This document shows, one piece after another, positions 12,466 through 24,668 of a stretch of 64,000 nucleotides of DNA. The position numbers and the translations under genes were made by a program. Each line of letters opens with the position of its first letter. The first letter of the stretch is position 1. Source of the stretch: Mitosporidium daphniae. Its lineage: Eukaryota. The notes beneath the pieces are model-generated. The model was not told the origin of the DNA and ran no database searches. It saw only the letters and a program-made list of their open reading frames with translations. The stretch spans positions 1 to 64,000 of the forward strand of contig NW_013546511.1 of assembly GCF_000760515.2 (NCBI RefSeq), written 5' to 3'.

Positions 12466-15400
12466 ATGCTTCCATATCGGAATGAAGAGGTACCACCTCG
12501 GCATGCGCCCAGTAGATCTCCAACGGCTCCCGGAACGTCGCCAGCATTATTATCAACGCCGGAATTGGCTTCATCCGCATCAATGCCTGGCTCGCCATCG
12601 TGGATGCCTTCCGAGTCGGGCGATGAAGAGACTGGTTCCAATACTCATTCATTAATAACGTTAACAGGTTCGATTCCTGAGTCGCACGAAAATGAAATGC
12701 TCATTTCTTTAAAAAATCGACAAAGGAAAGAGAAGGTTGACCATTTCTTTTTCATGATGTAGCGATTCTTCCAGTTCGGGGCCCGTCCAAAAACCGATCG
12801 CAATCAGGAAGTTGTGCGCATCATATCCGTAGGAGGAACCCCCGCCAAGATCCCCTCAACCAAATTCGCCCCAAATATTGTGTGCAATCAAAAATATAAC
12901 CTGATGACGTTCATTCCGCTAGTCTTTTACGAACAGGTACTCGCTAGCCGATCACAAATGATAACATAGTTTCACTCGTTTTTGAATTTGTATTTTCTTG
13001 TGGTATGCATTTCGCAGTTTTTCCCACAATTTGCTGTGGGCCCCATTTTTACCTATGTTGCTCCGTTGGCATTTGTTCTAATGCTGACCACTATTAAAGA
13101 GGGGTTGGATGACTATGGGCGTCTTCGGCGCGATGCCATTGCCAATTCGCAATTATATACGAGAATCTCTCTCAAAAAAAGCCCGGAAACCTCAAAATCC
13201 TCAGGGGCGCATTCGCCGAATCCAGGCGTGCTCGAATCGATCCCGTCGTCCCAGATATGTGTCGGTGATATTCTTCAGATCGAGCGAGATCAACGTGTAC
13301 CTGCAGACATGATTCTACTCCAGACTTCGGATCGAAGCACTGGAACTACTTTCATTCGCACAGACCAACTTGATGGTGAGATCGACTGGAAACTGCGGCT
13401 AGCGGTACCATTGACACAGCAGTGTCCCTCTTTACGTGCTTTTCTTCAAGAGCGAGGCATTGAAGTACACGCAGAATTACCTTCAAAGGATCCGCATAGC
13501 TTCCAGGGTACCATCGCTGCCCGTGGCAGCAGCGCTGCAGAGCCCTTGGGCGTCGAGAATACGATGTGGATGAATACAGTGTTGGCTGCAGGAACCGCTA
13601 TCGGGGTAGTCATATATACAGGTAGAGACACCCGAGCGGTGATGAACACCTCCACCTCGTCTACCAAGTGGGGATTGATCGATATCGAACTGAATTCCAT
13701 TGCAAAGGTGCTGTTTATGATTTCCCTGGCAATGTCGTTAATGATGGTTGGATTGAAGGGCTGGACGGGGCCGTGGGTGATTTATCTTGTACGCTTTTTT
13801 ATTCTCTTCTCATCTATCATCCCGTTAAGCTTGCGGGTGAACCTAGACATGGCACGCATGTTCTATGCGCGGCAGATCGCTGCCAGAAATAAAGACGAGC
13901 GTTTAGTTGGCGAGATCATTGTTCGAAACACTTCTATTGCAGAAGAGCTAGGGCGTGTGGGCTTTCTACTATCTGACAAAACAGGAACATTGACAAAAAA
14001 TGTCATGGTAATGCGCAAGTTGCACCTTGGCACACTCTGTTTCGCGACAGAGTCTTTTCCAGAGATTTCACAACATTTGGTACACTACGCTCTGGGTGCA
14101 TCGGGAGCGCCTTCACTAAGCACCCCCATATCCCCTCAGTGCACTAGTCCTGTATTATCCACTGGTCCTATTCCGATCTTAAATTCGCAGGCCGTAGGTT
14201 CAATAGCTCATACGCATGCGTATGTGCGACGTGGACGTCGTGACATGAGTGCACGCGTTCACGACTTGGTCCAGGCATTGGCTCTTTGCCACAATGTTAC
14301 TACGGCCGGGGGCGAAGATTCCACACCGTCTGGCAGTGAAATAGCTTATCAGGCCTCTTCGCCAGATGAGATAGCTATCGTCAACTGGACACGCAGCGTA
14401 GGATTAGTACTTGTTGCCCGTAATCGAGAGGCAATGGTCCTGCGACGCGAGGCTGATGGATCATTGCTTACCTATTCCATCATTACACTTTTTCCGTTTT
14501 CTTCAGAAGCGAAACGCATGGGCATCATTGTGCGTGAAACCTCTACAGGTGAAATTTTCTTCTTCCTCAAAGGCGCTGACATGGCTATGACACCGCTGCT
14601 CGCACCCTTGCGTAACACCGATTGGTTGCAGGAGGAGTGTGATAACATGGCACGCGAAGGTCTACGCACGTTGGTGGTGGCTCGCCGGCGGCTTTCAGAA
14701 GAACAACTCGCAGCCTTTTTGGCACGCTATGCTGAGGCATCTTTAGTACTGAGCGACAGGGCAGCAGCAAAGCAACAGGTTGTCCGTCAACATTTAGAGA
14801 CAGAGCTCGAGTTGCTGGGCATCACTGGTGTTGAAGATCGGCTGCAAGATGATGTACGTGTGACGCTGGAGAGTCTACGCAACGCCGGTATTCGCATATG
14901 GATGCTTACGGGGGACAAGGTTGAAACAGCAACATCAATTGGCATCTCCTCAAAGTTGATTGCGCGTGGCCAAATGGTGGTGCCAGTGCCACGGCTACAG
15001 ACGGCAGAAGAAGCACAGGCACTCTGCGAGCTTATGGCGGCGCGATCAGAGGCAGCTTTTGTGATCGATGGGGCAGCTCTACAATTAGTACTAGGTACGC
15101 CCACACTTGCTACCCAGTTCATTACTGCTGCTGCGCGAATGGCAACGCTGATCTGTTGTCGCTGCACACCGCAGCAAAAAGCGCATGTGGCGACACTATT
15201 GAAGCAACATACACGGGCTTTGCGTGTATGTTGCATCGGAGATGGAGGCAACGATGTCAGCATGATCCAGGCGGCAGATATTGGCATTGGGTTGGTTGGC
15301 CGTGAAGGCATGCAGGCATCATTGGCCGCAGATTATTCGCTGGAGCGCTTCTGCGATCTTTCGCGTCTTCTTTGTAAGCACAATTTTTTACTTTAGTGTG

Positions 15401-16208
15401 GCATGGGCGTTGTGCATATAAGCGCACATCCAAGCTCAGCCAGTTCGTCATCCACCGTGGTTTCATCATTTCGGTGCTACAGGCGGTTTTTTCATCGCTC
15501 TTCTATTTCTCACCCATCGCGCTCTATCAAGGAGTGCTAGCAATTGGTTACTCGACGCTGTTCACGACATTTCCTGTCTTTTCGTTGGTGCTCGATACAG
15601 ATATTCGGGAAGATCTGGCTATACTCTACCCGGAGCTCTATAAGGAGTTGGCAAAAGGCCGCGCGCTATGCTTCCGCTCACTCTTCCAATGGATCATGGT
15701 TTCGCTCTACCAAGGTGGCATCATCATTTTTTTAGCGCTTTGGCTTTTCGAAACAGACTTCATCCACATCGTGGCAATCTCGTTTTCTGCATTACTTTTT
15801 AACGAGCTACTGATGGTGGCTCTGCAGCTCAACGAATGGAATCGGTTCATGATACTTTCAGAAATCTTTTCCGTGCTTTGCTATGTGGCCACCGTGCATG
15901 CGCTGAGCGGCCATTTTGGTAAGTAGAACCTCTTGATTCATGTACTTTTGTTTTGGGTCGCTTTTTTGATGCGCGCCTACACAAGCTTTAGTGCATGTCG
16001 TTTTTGTGCTGCTTGTTTTCCTTTTACGTCTTATTGTTCACGTTATCGGACTGTTTTGTGCACGCTTACACTAGATCCTCTGTTCATTTCATCGCCGACG
16101 TTTCTATGGAAGGTCTCATTCATCACCGTGGTGTCCTTCCTGCCGTTGCTGCTGATAAAGGTAGTGCAGCGCGTCGTCTCGCCACCAAACTACGCCAAGC
16201 TTTCATAG
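12466..16208 (+). CDS. NEO1: P4-ATPase phospholipid flippase Neo1/ATP9
   Basis: [50 protein letters not shown]-terminus PPNYAKL. Confidence 0.95.
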
Positions 16209-16290
16209 AATAAACGATTATATAAAAAACGCTACTGCATGTGTCGCTTGCAATTCGGATTCTCGTTGGAATGTGATCGAGAGGTCACTT

Positions 16291-16887
16291 TTACTGATAA
16301 GCGTCCAAACGTCGAATGTAATGTGCACGGACCTCCCGACTCGGTTCATTCAAGGGGACCGGAATGGCATCCCACTTTAATAGCAACTGTGTAGCCTGCT
16401 GCACGCATGTTGCACTCACACGGGTGCTGTCGCCTTCATTACCATCAATATCATGAATAGCCGAACATTGGAGTGCTAGAAACTCATTGGTCTCATTTAC
16501 CAATAAAAGAACTTCTTGTGGAAAGCATTTGATGACCGACGCAGCGGGAGGCGGGGTGTTTCCCCGAAAGCCGCAAAAGCGTTCGCTGGAAGCGACCAGC
16601 GCAAGAGAGTCCATAGAGTTTGGAGACTCTGAGCTGCAGAAGGTGGAAATTAATACAGTAGAAGAGTCATTAATAAGGGCTGCAGGTTAACAAAATTGGT
16701 GGTTACCTCCGCCCTCCTTCGTATGGAGCAACAAGGGTTCGCCCAATTGAATATACAACTGCTCGCAGACCTTCTGGATAGAAAGTGCTGTTGTTATGAT
16801 CTCTTCAAATATGGGCACGCTTGGATTAAACGCAAGGCACCTAAAGCCGTGGATACTGCATTGTTTCTCCACACAGAGCAGTGTCAT
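16291..16887 (-). CDS. Hypothetical protein (2 exons)
   Basis: Two ORF segments joined in frame by the intron GTAACC..CTGCAG; no family recognised. Confidence 0.45.
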
Positions 16888-16982
16888 CTGGATGCAATTG
16901 GACCGTCAAATTGGAGCTGGATACAAATTATTAATTTCTTTTTGGGATTGAAATTCGAATTTTATTTCCTCTGCATCGATTG

Positions 16983-17831
16983 ATGGCTACGCCCAAGCGC
17001 AACATGCTACGCAACTCACGAAGCGACTCTTCAGAAGAAGAAGACGGGGCAGTTGTTCTTATAAACTTTCCACCAAAGTTGCCAAACACTGGCATTGCTA
17101 ATAAGTTTGGGCCTCTTTTTGCATCATCCACATCCGCATCTGTGGCCATTACTGTTGATGGATTCGTTTCAGACGAGAATGAGGATCAAGATGGAGAAGT
17201 ACCAAAGGAACGTCGTGTCAGCTCTGGTTCTCTTAATGCTAACCTAAACACCCTAGACACCGATGCTAACCCCATGTATATGTTCAATAATGAGGATGCA
17301 GAATTTCTTTCGCTGTATGCTGACGAAGTCCCTATAAGAAATCCTAACCTTCCATGTTGCAGCGAAGACGAGGAAGACCTTCTCATTGAAGATTCTATTG
17401 ATAGATTTGCTATTGAGAATGATTCAAAACACGATACCCAGTCCTATCTTGCTGAAGAAGATCTAGATGAGGAGGTTGAAAGATGGGAATCGGCGAGGGC
17501 AATTCATGGCCAAGGCACTGGTGTATATGATGCATCTATTCTGGAAAATACACACTCATCGACTGCTTCTCAACTGTTTGATCCCACTCGCACCTATGAT
17601 GGGCACAATGCCCATCAACCCCTCAGACTGAAAGCAAATCATCGTGGTAGCCGATCCTTTGCCTCCTTTTCGACCTCCACCATTGATGTAGAGGAAAATG
17701 AACATATTTTGAGTGGAATTTGTGCGTTTTCTACCAAAACACTTTCTCGTCTCAACGACCAGCTCCATTCTCTCAACTCCAGAGTGTTGGGTATACAGAA
17801 GCGAATCCAGGAGCTGCAGAAAAGTTTCTAA
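16983..17831 (+). CDS. Acidic protein, possibly Ntr2/GCFC-like spliceosome disassembly factor
   Basis: 282-aa ORF; EEDLDEEVERWE motif followed by a C-terminal coiled coil resembles Ntr2/PAXBP1; family assignment is weak. Confidence 0.4.
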   Translation: MATPKRNMLRNSRSDSSEEEDGAVVLINFPPKLPNTGIANKFGPLFASSTSASVAITVDGFVSDENEDQDGEVPKERRVSSGSLNANLNTLDTDANPMYMFNNEDAEFLSLYADEVPIRNPNLPCCSEDEEDLLIEDSIDRFAIENDSKHDTQSYLAEEDLDEEVERWESARAIHGQGTGVYDASILENTHSSTASQLFDPTRTYDGHNAHQPLRLKANHRGSRSFASFSTSTIDVEENEHILSGICAFSTKTLSRLNDQLHSLNSRVLGIQKRIQELQKSF

Positions 17832-18001
17832 CCATATCTTTGATGCCCTGGGGCTGTAAAATTTATCGGTCTTATGCAAGAAGATTGCGCGATGCTCTCT
17901 TCCCGATGTATAAATAGCCCCATCTGATGCCTATATTCCTAAAATCCAGTCATACAACCTTGGCATTTTATTAATTTGTTATTGTGTGTACACATGCCTT
18001 T

Positions 18002-19387
18002 TCAGATGTGCGGATGAGAATTTGTCGTGTACATATAGTCCATGGTAACCATAAGAAATGAGCTAACGAAGCATCTGATCCAAGGATGGCAGTATGCGAG
18101 CAGGGCCGTGCCTGCAGTAGCAAAAAGCGCATTGGTGGAGAGAAAATTTGAAGTCATGTAAAAGGATATAAATGCGAAAATCAATATCATCCACCGCAAG
18201 ATGATATGAGCGAGATCCTCCTCCAGCATATAGTATGCGAGCGTGCATAGAAGTTGATCAACGGCGTCCGCAAAATCGCCCATCATGTTTTGCAGTTCCG
18301 TCATATTCCTTCGAATGGGAATGTCTATCTCGAGGGCCTTACGGAGAGATTTGACACTGTTCAAGGCAGATTCGCTCTCAACAACCGGTACGCTGGATGC
18401 TGGGAATTCATATTTTATAGCCTTCAGAAATACTTGAAACGAAAAAAGAGCAAACAGCAGAAGGAAGGGAATATATAGAATAAATTTGGGATAGAAACAT
18501 ATGAATACATAGAAGGCCACGGTGGGTATGAAGAGCAGCATATTGAATTCGCTAAACATTTCCGAAAGCGATGCTTTGGCATCAAAAAGGGGGCCTGAAG
18601 GGAAATGAAAGTGATCACATACCAATTCTATAAAGCATCCGTATAAAGTTCATCGGCAAAGTAGTGATCAAGTTCAGCTTTGCTGCTTTGCGCGATTTGC
18701 AGCGAGAAACCTTGTATGCTATGGCAGTTTTGTACAGGGTCTTTTGGAAAAAGGACATTTGCAGTTCTGAGGTTCCGCCGGAAAGTGGGGGTGCAAACGG
18801 GAAAGATGATCCCAGCTGCGTGGATGAGGTGGATGGAAACACTTCTTTTGATGGAGGCAATAGGCCATCTTGGGAAATGTTTGAGCTTTGAAAGACTTGT
18901 TCAACCCAATTGAGGGTTTCATCGAGAGTTAGTGGATCCAGATTTAGCAGTGCGTCGGATCGCGATGGCTCAAGAAAAGATGCTGAATTGGATATTTCTT
19001 TTGTCGAGAGAGATATGCAATAATAGTGAAGGGTGCTAAGACAACCTAAAAAAATCAAAAGCCAACATTACTTTTACATCTGACCCCTTGGCGATATACC
19101 CCCCACATCAATGAAGCGCAATGATCGCAATAAGTTGGCTTGATAAAAGTACACGGGAGAAACACGTGGTTGCAGCTTTTGGTACATTGTGTTTCCCTTG
19201 AGCTATCCGCAGTTGGAGGGCTTTCTCCACTATCAGATGCAAGGGTTTCCAGGCTTTGCAGGGATGGTGTCGCTAGGTCTTTGAAAATGAGGGGTTGAAC
19301 CTCCTCATTGCAGATTGAGGGATCGGTTTCCTTGTCGCCACAATATATGTGGTCCATTTCTTCGCTCAACATATTGCCCAAAGACAT
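18002..19387 (-). CDS. C1 (DAG/PE-binding) domain fused to Pex24p-family (Pex28/29-like) membrane domain
   Basis: Spliced HVFLPCTFIKPTYCDHCASLMWGVYRQGVRCKSCLSTLHYYC; MNFIRMLYRIGPLF; RRNMTELQNMMGDF; hydrophobic hairpins. Confidence 0.7.
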
Positions 19388-19937
19388 GTGGGGAATATTT
19401 TAAATTTTGCAGAACAAATATATGCATGTGGTTGAGATTGAATATGTCACTAAACCTAAAATTTTCATGTTTGGAATTTCAAAAAACTGCAGCGTGGTTA
19501 ATATGCATTTCTTTCAACTAAACTTGAGACCTGCATTTTCAAAATTGGGAGCATTTTGCCGGGGTGCGTGCTGTTTAAATAAATACGCAAAATGCCGAAT
19601 GGCTCGAAACACATGTACGTACTCCAATTAAACATTAGGTTTTTATGAAAATGCAGACCGAGTGCGGTGCAAACATGTAAACTTGGGCTTCCCAAAGCAG
19701 CATGCAATATAATTAATGCAAATTTTAATTTAATTGAACTATTGACTGGTAAACCACCAATCACGCCGACGTCTTTTTCATATATCTAAGCAACGTTTTT
19801 TGATTAAGCTCCTTTGGTATTAAGTAGATTTTCTACAAATATATAATTAGATCCTGTGTTTTCCTAATGCTATTTTGCCACGAACCGCATCTTTATTAAT
19901 GATTTTTATTTATTCATCAGACTCACATCCAACCAGC

Positions 19938-21352
19938 ATGGACAAAATATTTAACCTTCCTCTTACGCTTTTCCGGGATTTTGATTCAGAAAAAACTAAA
20001 TTAGATATAGAGGTTGATGAGGTCTCCCCTACAAATGAATCTTTGCTTGATTTCCGGACACAAGCATATGAGGAGGAATCACTATCCAATTCGACCTCCC
20101 AGGCTGATTCATATACGAATTCCTCGTCCTCTATAGATCCCCTGCGGAAAAACACCAGAAAATTTTACCAAGTTAAGCCCCAGGCGGAAATTACAGAGTT
20201 TTTTACGTGATTTATTTATTTATTTGTAGTAATTTTGACCCCTTTCCCGTGCATCCAAACTTCTGCATTGTCGAGGTTAAAAGGGCCAGGCGAATCAAGA
20301 AATGGAGCAGGATGCTCGCAAGATCCACCCCGCTTACAAAACAGAAAAAATTCATCAGCAGGCTTGTAAAGGGAATACCGGACACCAAAAGGCCGCCCAT
20401 CTGGTCGATTTTGCTTTCAGAGGGAGAGTTTTCTTCTTTTGATTGGATAGCCACCAATCGGCCAGATGTTCCCGTTGATTCTATAACCGATTTTGCATAT
20501 TTCAATGCGCTATATCACCTTCCCTCTGAATATGAGAAGCAGATTGATCTTGACATCAGTAGGACGATGAGAAACAGTTGCCTCTTCAGCGAAAGATACG
20601 GAATTGGGCAATCCGCCTTATTTAAAATATTGGTAGCTCTTGCAAATGCTATTCCAACAGTCGGCTATTGCCAGGGAATGTCTTCGGTGTGTGGATTTCT
20701 GCTGTCATATCTTCAAGATGACCACACCACTTTCAAGGCCATTTTATATATGTTTGGACGCGATTCGTTGACAAATTTGTATTCTTCAGGATTTCCGAAG
20801 CTATTTGAAACTTTTAGCATGCACGACCGGCTGCTGCAAACGCTATGTCCAAAGCTTTGGAGATATTTTGTAAGAGTTATAAATTTTGTTATTTATAGAG
20901 CGATTTACACATTACGTCAAGCACGTACGCCACAAAATGGTATTTGATGCTTTTCCTGTGCTTTTCAAAGGCTTTGAGTGTGAGGATATGGGATTTGTAT
21001 TTATTTTATGGCTTTGAGATATTTATCCACTCGAGCGTCTCTGTGTTGCAAGTATTTTCACGTAGGCTTGATATCGCTAATGAATTTAGGCAAGCTATCA
21101 AGGCTTTCGTTTGACGAGGCCATGTATGAGCTCTCCTCTTGCTTTGAAAAGGACCTTGGCGAGGGCAGTATTAAGCGATTTGAGCTGATCGATGCCATTT
21201 GTAGACGGTCGCTTTCGTCGTTTAAAAGATTTAGAATATCTACCTCAGCATCACTTCCCATCCCGTCATCAATAGATGAGTTTGTCAGTCTAAATCTGGA
21301 AGGATCTGGAGAAAACTCTTTCAGCGGAAGCGCTGAAAACGAGATCACTTAA
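19938..21352 (+). CDS. TBC-domain Rab GTPase-activating protein
   Basis: KGIPDTKRPPIW, QIDLDISRT (Arg finger), GYCQGMS (Gln finger), YATKWYL and RIWDL after splicing. Confidence 0.9.
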
Positions 21353-21573
21353 CTTAATAAATATATTAACTTATCATCGGGCTCTCGATATGATAAAGTG
21401 CCTGGGTTAAGGTTAGTTGGCAATTTAAATTTATCGACAAACGTCTTTTTGTGCGCCTTAAATTGAATGCGGCATTAGCAGAGTACGCGAGGTCGGTCAC
21501 ATCCAGCCGGTCCGACACAAAATAAAGGAAATTCAAATTTATTGGGATACTGTCAATGAGCCAACTAGCCCTT

Positions 21574-22657
21574 TTACAGGCCAAAATACTTTTTTATTGC
21601 GTTCCAGTAATACTCGTTCCAGTTATTTTTTATGGCTTCAATGTCGGAGCCAGGAATGTTTTTTTGGGACATTTGGAGCATAGTTCCTCGACGTCCATTT
21701 ACATCTTCGGAAAGGCGAATTTGCACTTTGGAAAAGTGATCCTTTGGCCATGTGGTGAATCTCCAGTCCATCTCAATAAAAAGCTGCTCAACATCCAAGC
21801 TAGTGCATCTAAATGTAACGCTGGAGTCAAATAAATGGTATGTTTGCCCAAGTGCAATGGAAGAATCTGACGTAATAGGTGGCGAAGATGTCCAGATCGA
21901 GATTCTTGATGGGAGTGTAAGGATATCGAAGAGCGTTTTAGGGTCTGTCATAAAATATTCCTTTTGAGAGATGCTTCCAGTTACAAACGGCGCTTCAGAC
22001 TGTGGGAGGGACTGTTCGTTTGATGACCAGGATTTGAAGGTTAGCTCGACATCTTTGTTGGCCGCGTCACATTGCCGTTGCTGTACCGCTTGATCGCCCA
22101 CAAGCACAGAAGGTCCTTGAGATTTTTCCAAGTCCTCTCTGAATCTCTTTAGAATATTGAAAAAGGGGACTCTCATAATGGAGGAAACCTTGGATCGAAA
22201 AATAGCATTTTCGTTCGTATCTTCATTTAAGGTCAGCTTAAAGAAAATATCTTCAGGCGATTTGATTTCGTTGCTAAATTCGTCGATGCGGAATGAGCCG
22301 GAACATTTTTTAGACTTGTCATTGGTTTCGGCTACAAATAAAGAGGACATCAGTACCTTTCCAAAAGCCGCTTATTTTAAGCTCAAAGAAATAAAATAGT
22401 TTCCCCTTGCGTTGATTCACATTGACATCCCCATCAATGGTGTCCAGTTTCTTGATCTTGACCATGGCTTCTGAATCTGAAGAGATAAAGTTCTGAAATA
22501 CTCTCCGAAGATAATCCTCTGCCCAGGGGAAGCAATTTTTCTCTACCCAATGCCAATTGTTAACATTTTTCCAGTTGGCTTGCGGGGCAGGGGAAGCCTC
22601 GAGCGAAGGGGAAATATCCGATGCGCAAGAATCTGACGATGCAGCAGAGATGGTCAT
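21574..22657 (-). CDS. AHA1: Hsp90 ATPase activator Aha1
   Basis: NWKNVNNWHWVEKNC, NQRKGK; C-terminal START-like domain ending NWNEYYWNAIK..FG. Confidence 0.92.
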
Positions 22658-22720
22658 TGTTGAAATAATAAAAATACCCCCATTTTATGTAGCAAATTTT
22701 CTAGAAAATTCTCGATTTTC

Positions 22721-23390
22721 ATGGCCAGTGATGATCCTTTTCAGCTGCTACCCTTTGTTGCCTTTGAGGCGATCTTGGTTCATTTGAAGGTCACCCAAGA
22801 ATCTTTGATTGATACCAAGGCATTGACCACACATGAATAGTACCTATCCCCTATGGACTTATCCAATTTAGCCCTATATTTGTATCTTGGTATTCAGGCA
22901 ATGGAGCTTTGAGGGGATGTATCGGGACATTCAAATCTTGCTCACTATCAAAAGCAATCAGGATTTTTTCCATCAAAAGCGCCTTTGAGGATTGCCGATT
23001 TTCTGGAATCTCCATAGCCGAGGTGGAAACCCTAAGTTGCCAGGTTTCGGTGTTGGTCGACTTTGAGCCTGCACTGCATGCTTTCGATTGGGAGGTACAG
23101 TACGCTCACTGAAATTGAAAGGATGGCGTTCACGGACTGCAAATATCCTTCTCCTTTGAAAAACAAAGCTACACTTCTACTTTCCTGCCCAACGTGTCGA
23201 CTCTTCAGGGTTCTAAATTTCTTTTATTTTAGGATGGAGTCCCATGGAAACTATCCATCAATTGATTAGAAAGACCTGATTTCGAGGGCAAATAAATAAC
23301 TCACTAATTAGGAAGCTGATGGTAACAAGATACAAATCCAAGAAATATGAGGCGACTTACTGGGACTATTTGAAGCACCTCTCTGCATAA
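22721..23390 (+). CDS. AMMECR1-domain protein with an in-frame TGA at 23277-23279
   Basis: PIFVSW, LRGCIGTF, SAFEDCRF, DWE..HG, STFLP, QGW, VTRYKS..Y..Y across 3 introns. Confidence 0.85.
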
Positions 23391-23486
23391 GCCAATCTGC
23401 TACCAAGGTGCTCTTTTTTCAAACCCATCCGATCCCATCCCACAGCATACTATGTCGGAGCAGATCATCTCATTATACTTTACTTT

Positions 23487-24515
23487 TCAAAAATCGATTA
23501 TGCTAAAAAACGTAACGGACCGTGTCAACAAATAAAAAATTGCTCGCTTGATATGGCAAATGCGGTAATAAAGCGTTTTCCAGTCCGAGTCTACGTCCAG
23601 TCTTAATACCTTGAAGTAAACGAGCCTGAGATAAGACACAAGCTCGCAAGCCAAATAGAGATGTTGTTTGCAGCAAAAACAAACGGTCAGGGAGAAGTGA
23701 TCTCCCGAATAAAGATACGTTGGGGCGCCCTTATCGAGAGCGCTTAAGCATAGCCCGCATGTCAGCATTTCCTCAGAGGACGGAATCGATTGCCTTTCAA
23801 GAGAAATGGAATTTTCAAGGACGCGCAGAAGGATCTGCTTTGGACTGAGCTTGGAATTGCAAAAAGTCAGCAGCTGCTGTAGCTCGTTAAACGGAGAATT
23901 CTTTAACAAGAGGTTACACTTTGGTTTGGTAGCGTTGAACAACTCGTTAAGGGTCTTCACATTTCCAAGAAAGGAAAACAAATCTGCAGCAAAGGGGGAT
24001 TTTTGATGATCTGGGAAAGGCGACTTAGAGGTTGCCATGTCAAGCAGATCTTGGCTTTGCGGCAAATATATGTCCTCCCCCTTTGAGCTATTCGCATTAA
24101 GACGCGAAGAGCCCTTTCCTTCCTGAATCCGCAACTCGTCCTTCAGGAAAGCCAACTCGGAACGGAAAAGCTCATTGTAATGCTTATATTCATCAACTTG
24201 ACGCAATAGGCTTTCACATCTTATTTGGAGAGAAAATGTTTTCTTTACTTCTTCGGCTACGAGGTTGTTAGCCTCCTCAAACAAACTCGTCGTCAAAGCC
24301 TGAATTTCATCGTGGATCCCAGATGTGGTGGCGATACCCTCAGATTCGGTTAGTGATTTTGACAGTAAAGTAGACAAGAAAGAAATTTCCTTTCTAAAGC
24401 ACTTGTATTCTGCGATATCTACAAGCCGAGATTCCTGAGTGTCCTTTTGATGCGGCTCGGATCGCCTTGTGCGAAAATCGGGTACAGAGCAGCTTTTATA
24501 AATTGGAATTGCCAT
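23487..24515 (-). CDS. SEC2: Sec2-family Rab guanine nucleotide exchange factor
   Basis: Coiled coil EIQALTTSLFEEANNLVAEE; C-terminal CxxC..CxxC..C..YLRLV region. Confidence 0.7.
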   Translation of the reverse strand: MAIPIYKSCSVPDFRTRRSEPHQKDTQESRLVDIAEYKCFRKEISFLSTLLSKSLTESEGIATTSGIHDEIQALTTSLFEEANNLVAEEVKKTFSLQIRCESLLRQVDEYKHYNELFRSELAFLKDELRIQEGKGSSRLNANSSKGEDIYLPQSQDLLDMATSKSPFPDHQKSPFAADLFSFLGNVKTLNELFNATKPKCNLLLKNSPFNELQQLLTFCNSKLSPKQILLRVLENSISLERQSIPSSEEMLTCGLCLSALDKGAPTYLYSGDHFSLTVCFCCKQHLYLACELVSYLRLVYFKVLRLDVDSDWKTLYYRICHIKRAIFYLLTRSVTFFSIIDF

Positions 24516-24546
24516 GAAAATGAAAAAAGACCGACCAACTGTTTAC

Positions 24547-24631
24547 TGCATTGCATTGCATTGCATTGCATTGCAGTGTAGTATAGTGTAGTATAGTCCA
24601 GTGCAGTGCAGTGCAGTGCAGTGTAATACAT
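24547..24631. repeat. Compound pentanucleotide microsatellite
   Basis: 17 in-phase 5-mers: TGCAT x5, TGCAG, TGTAG/TATAG x2, TCCAG, TGCAG x4, TGTAA, TACAT. Confidence 0.95.
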
Positions 24632-24668
24632 TCATCAAATTTAAGAGCTTTATTAGTTGAATTTGGGG

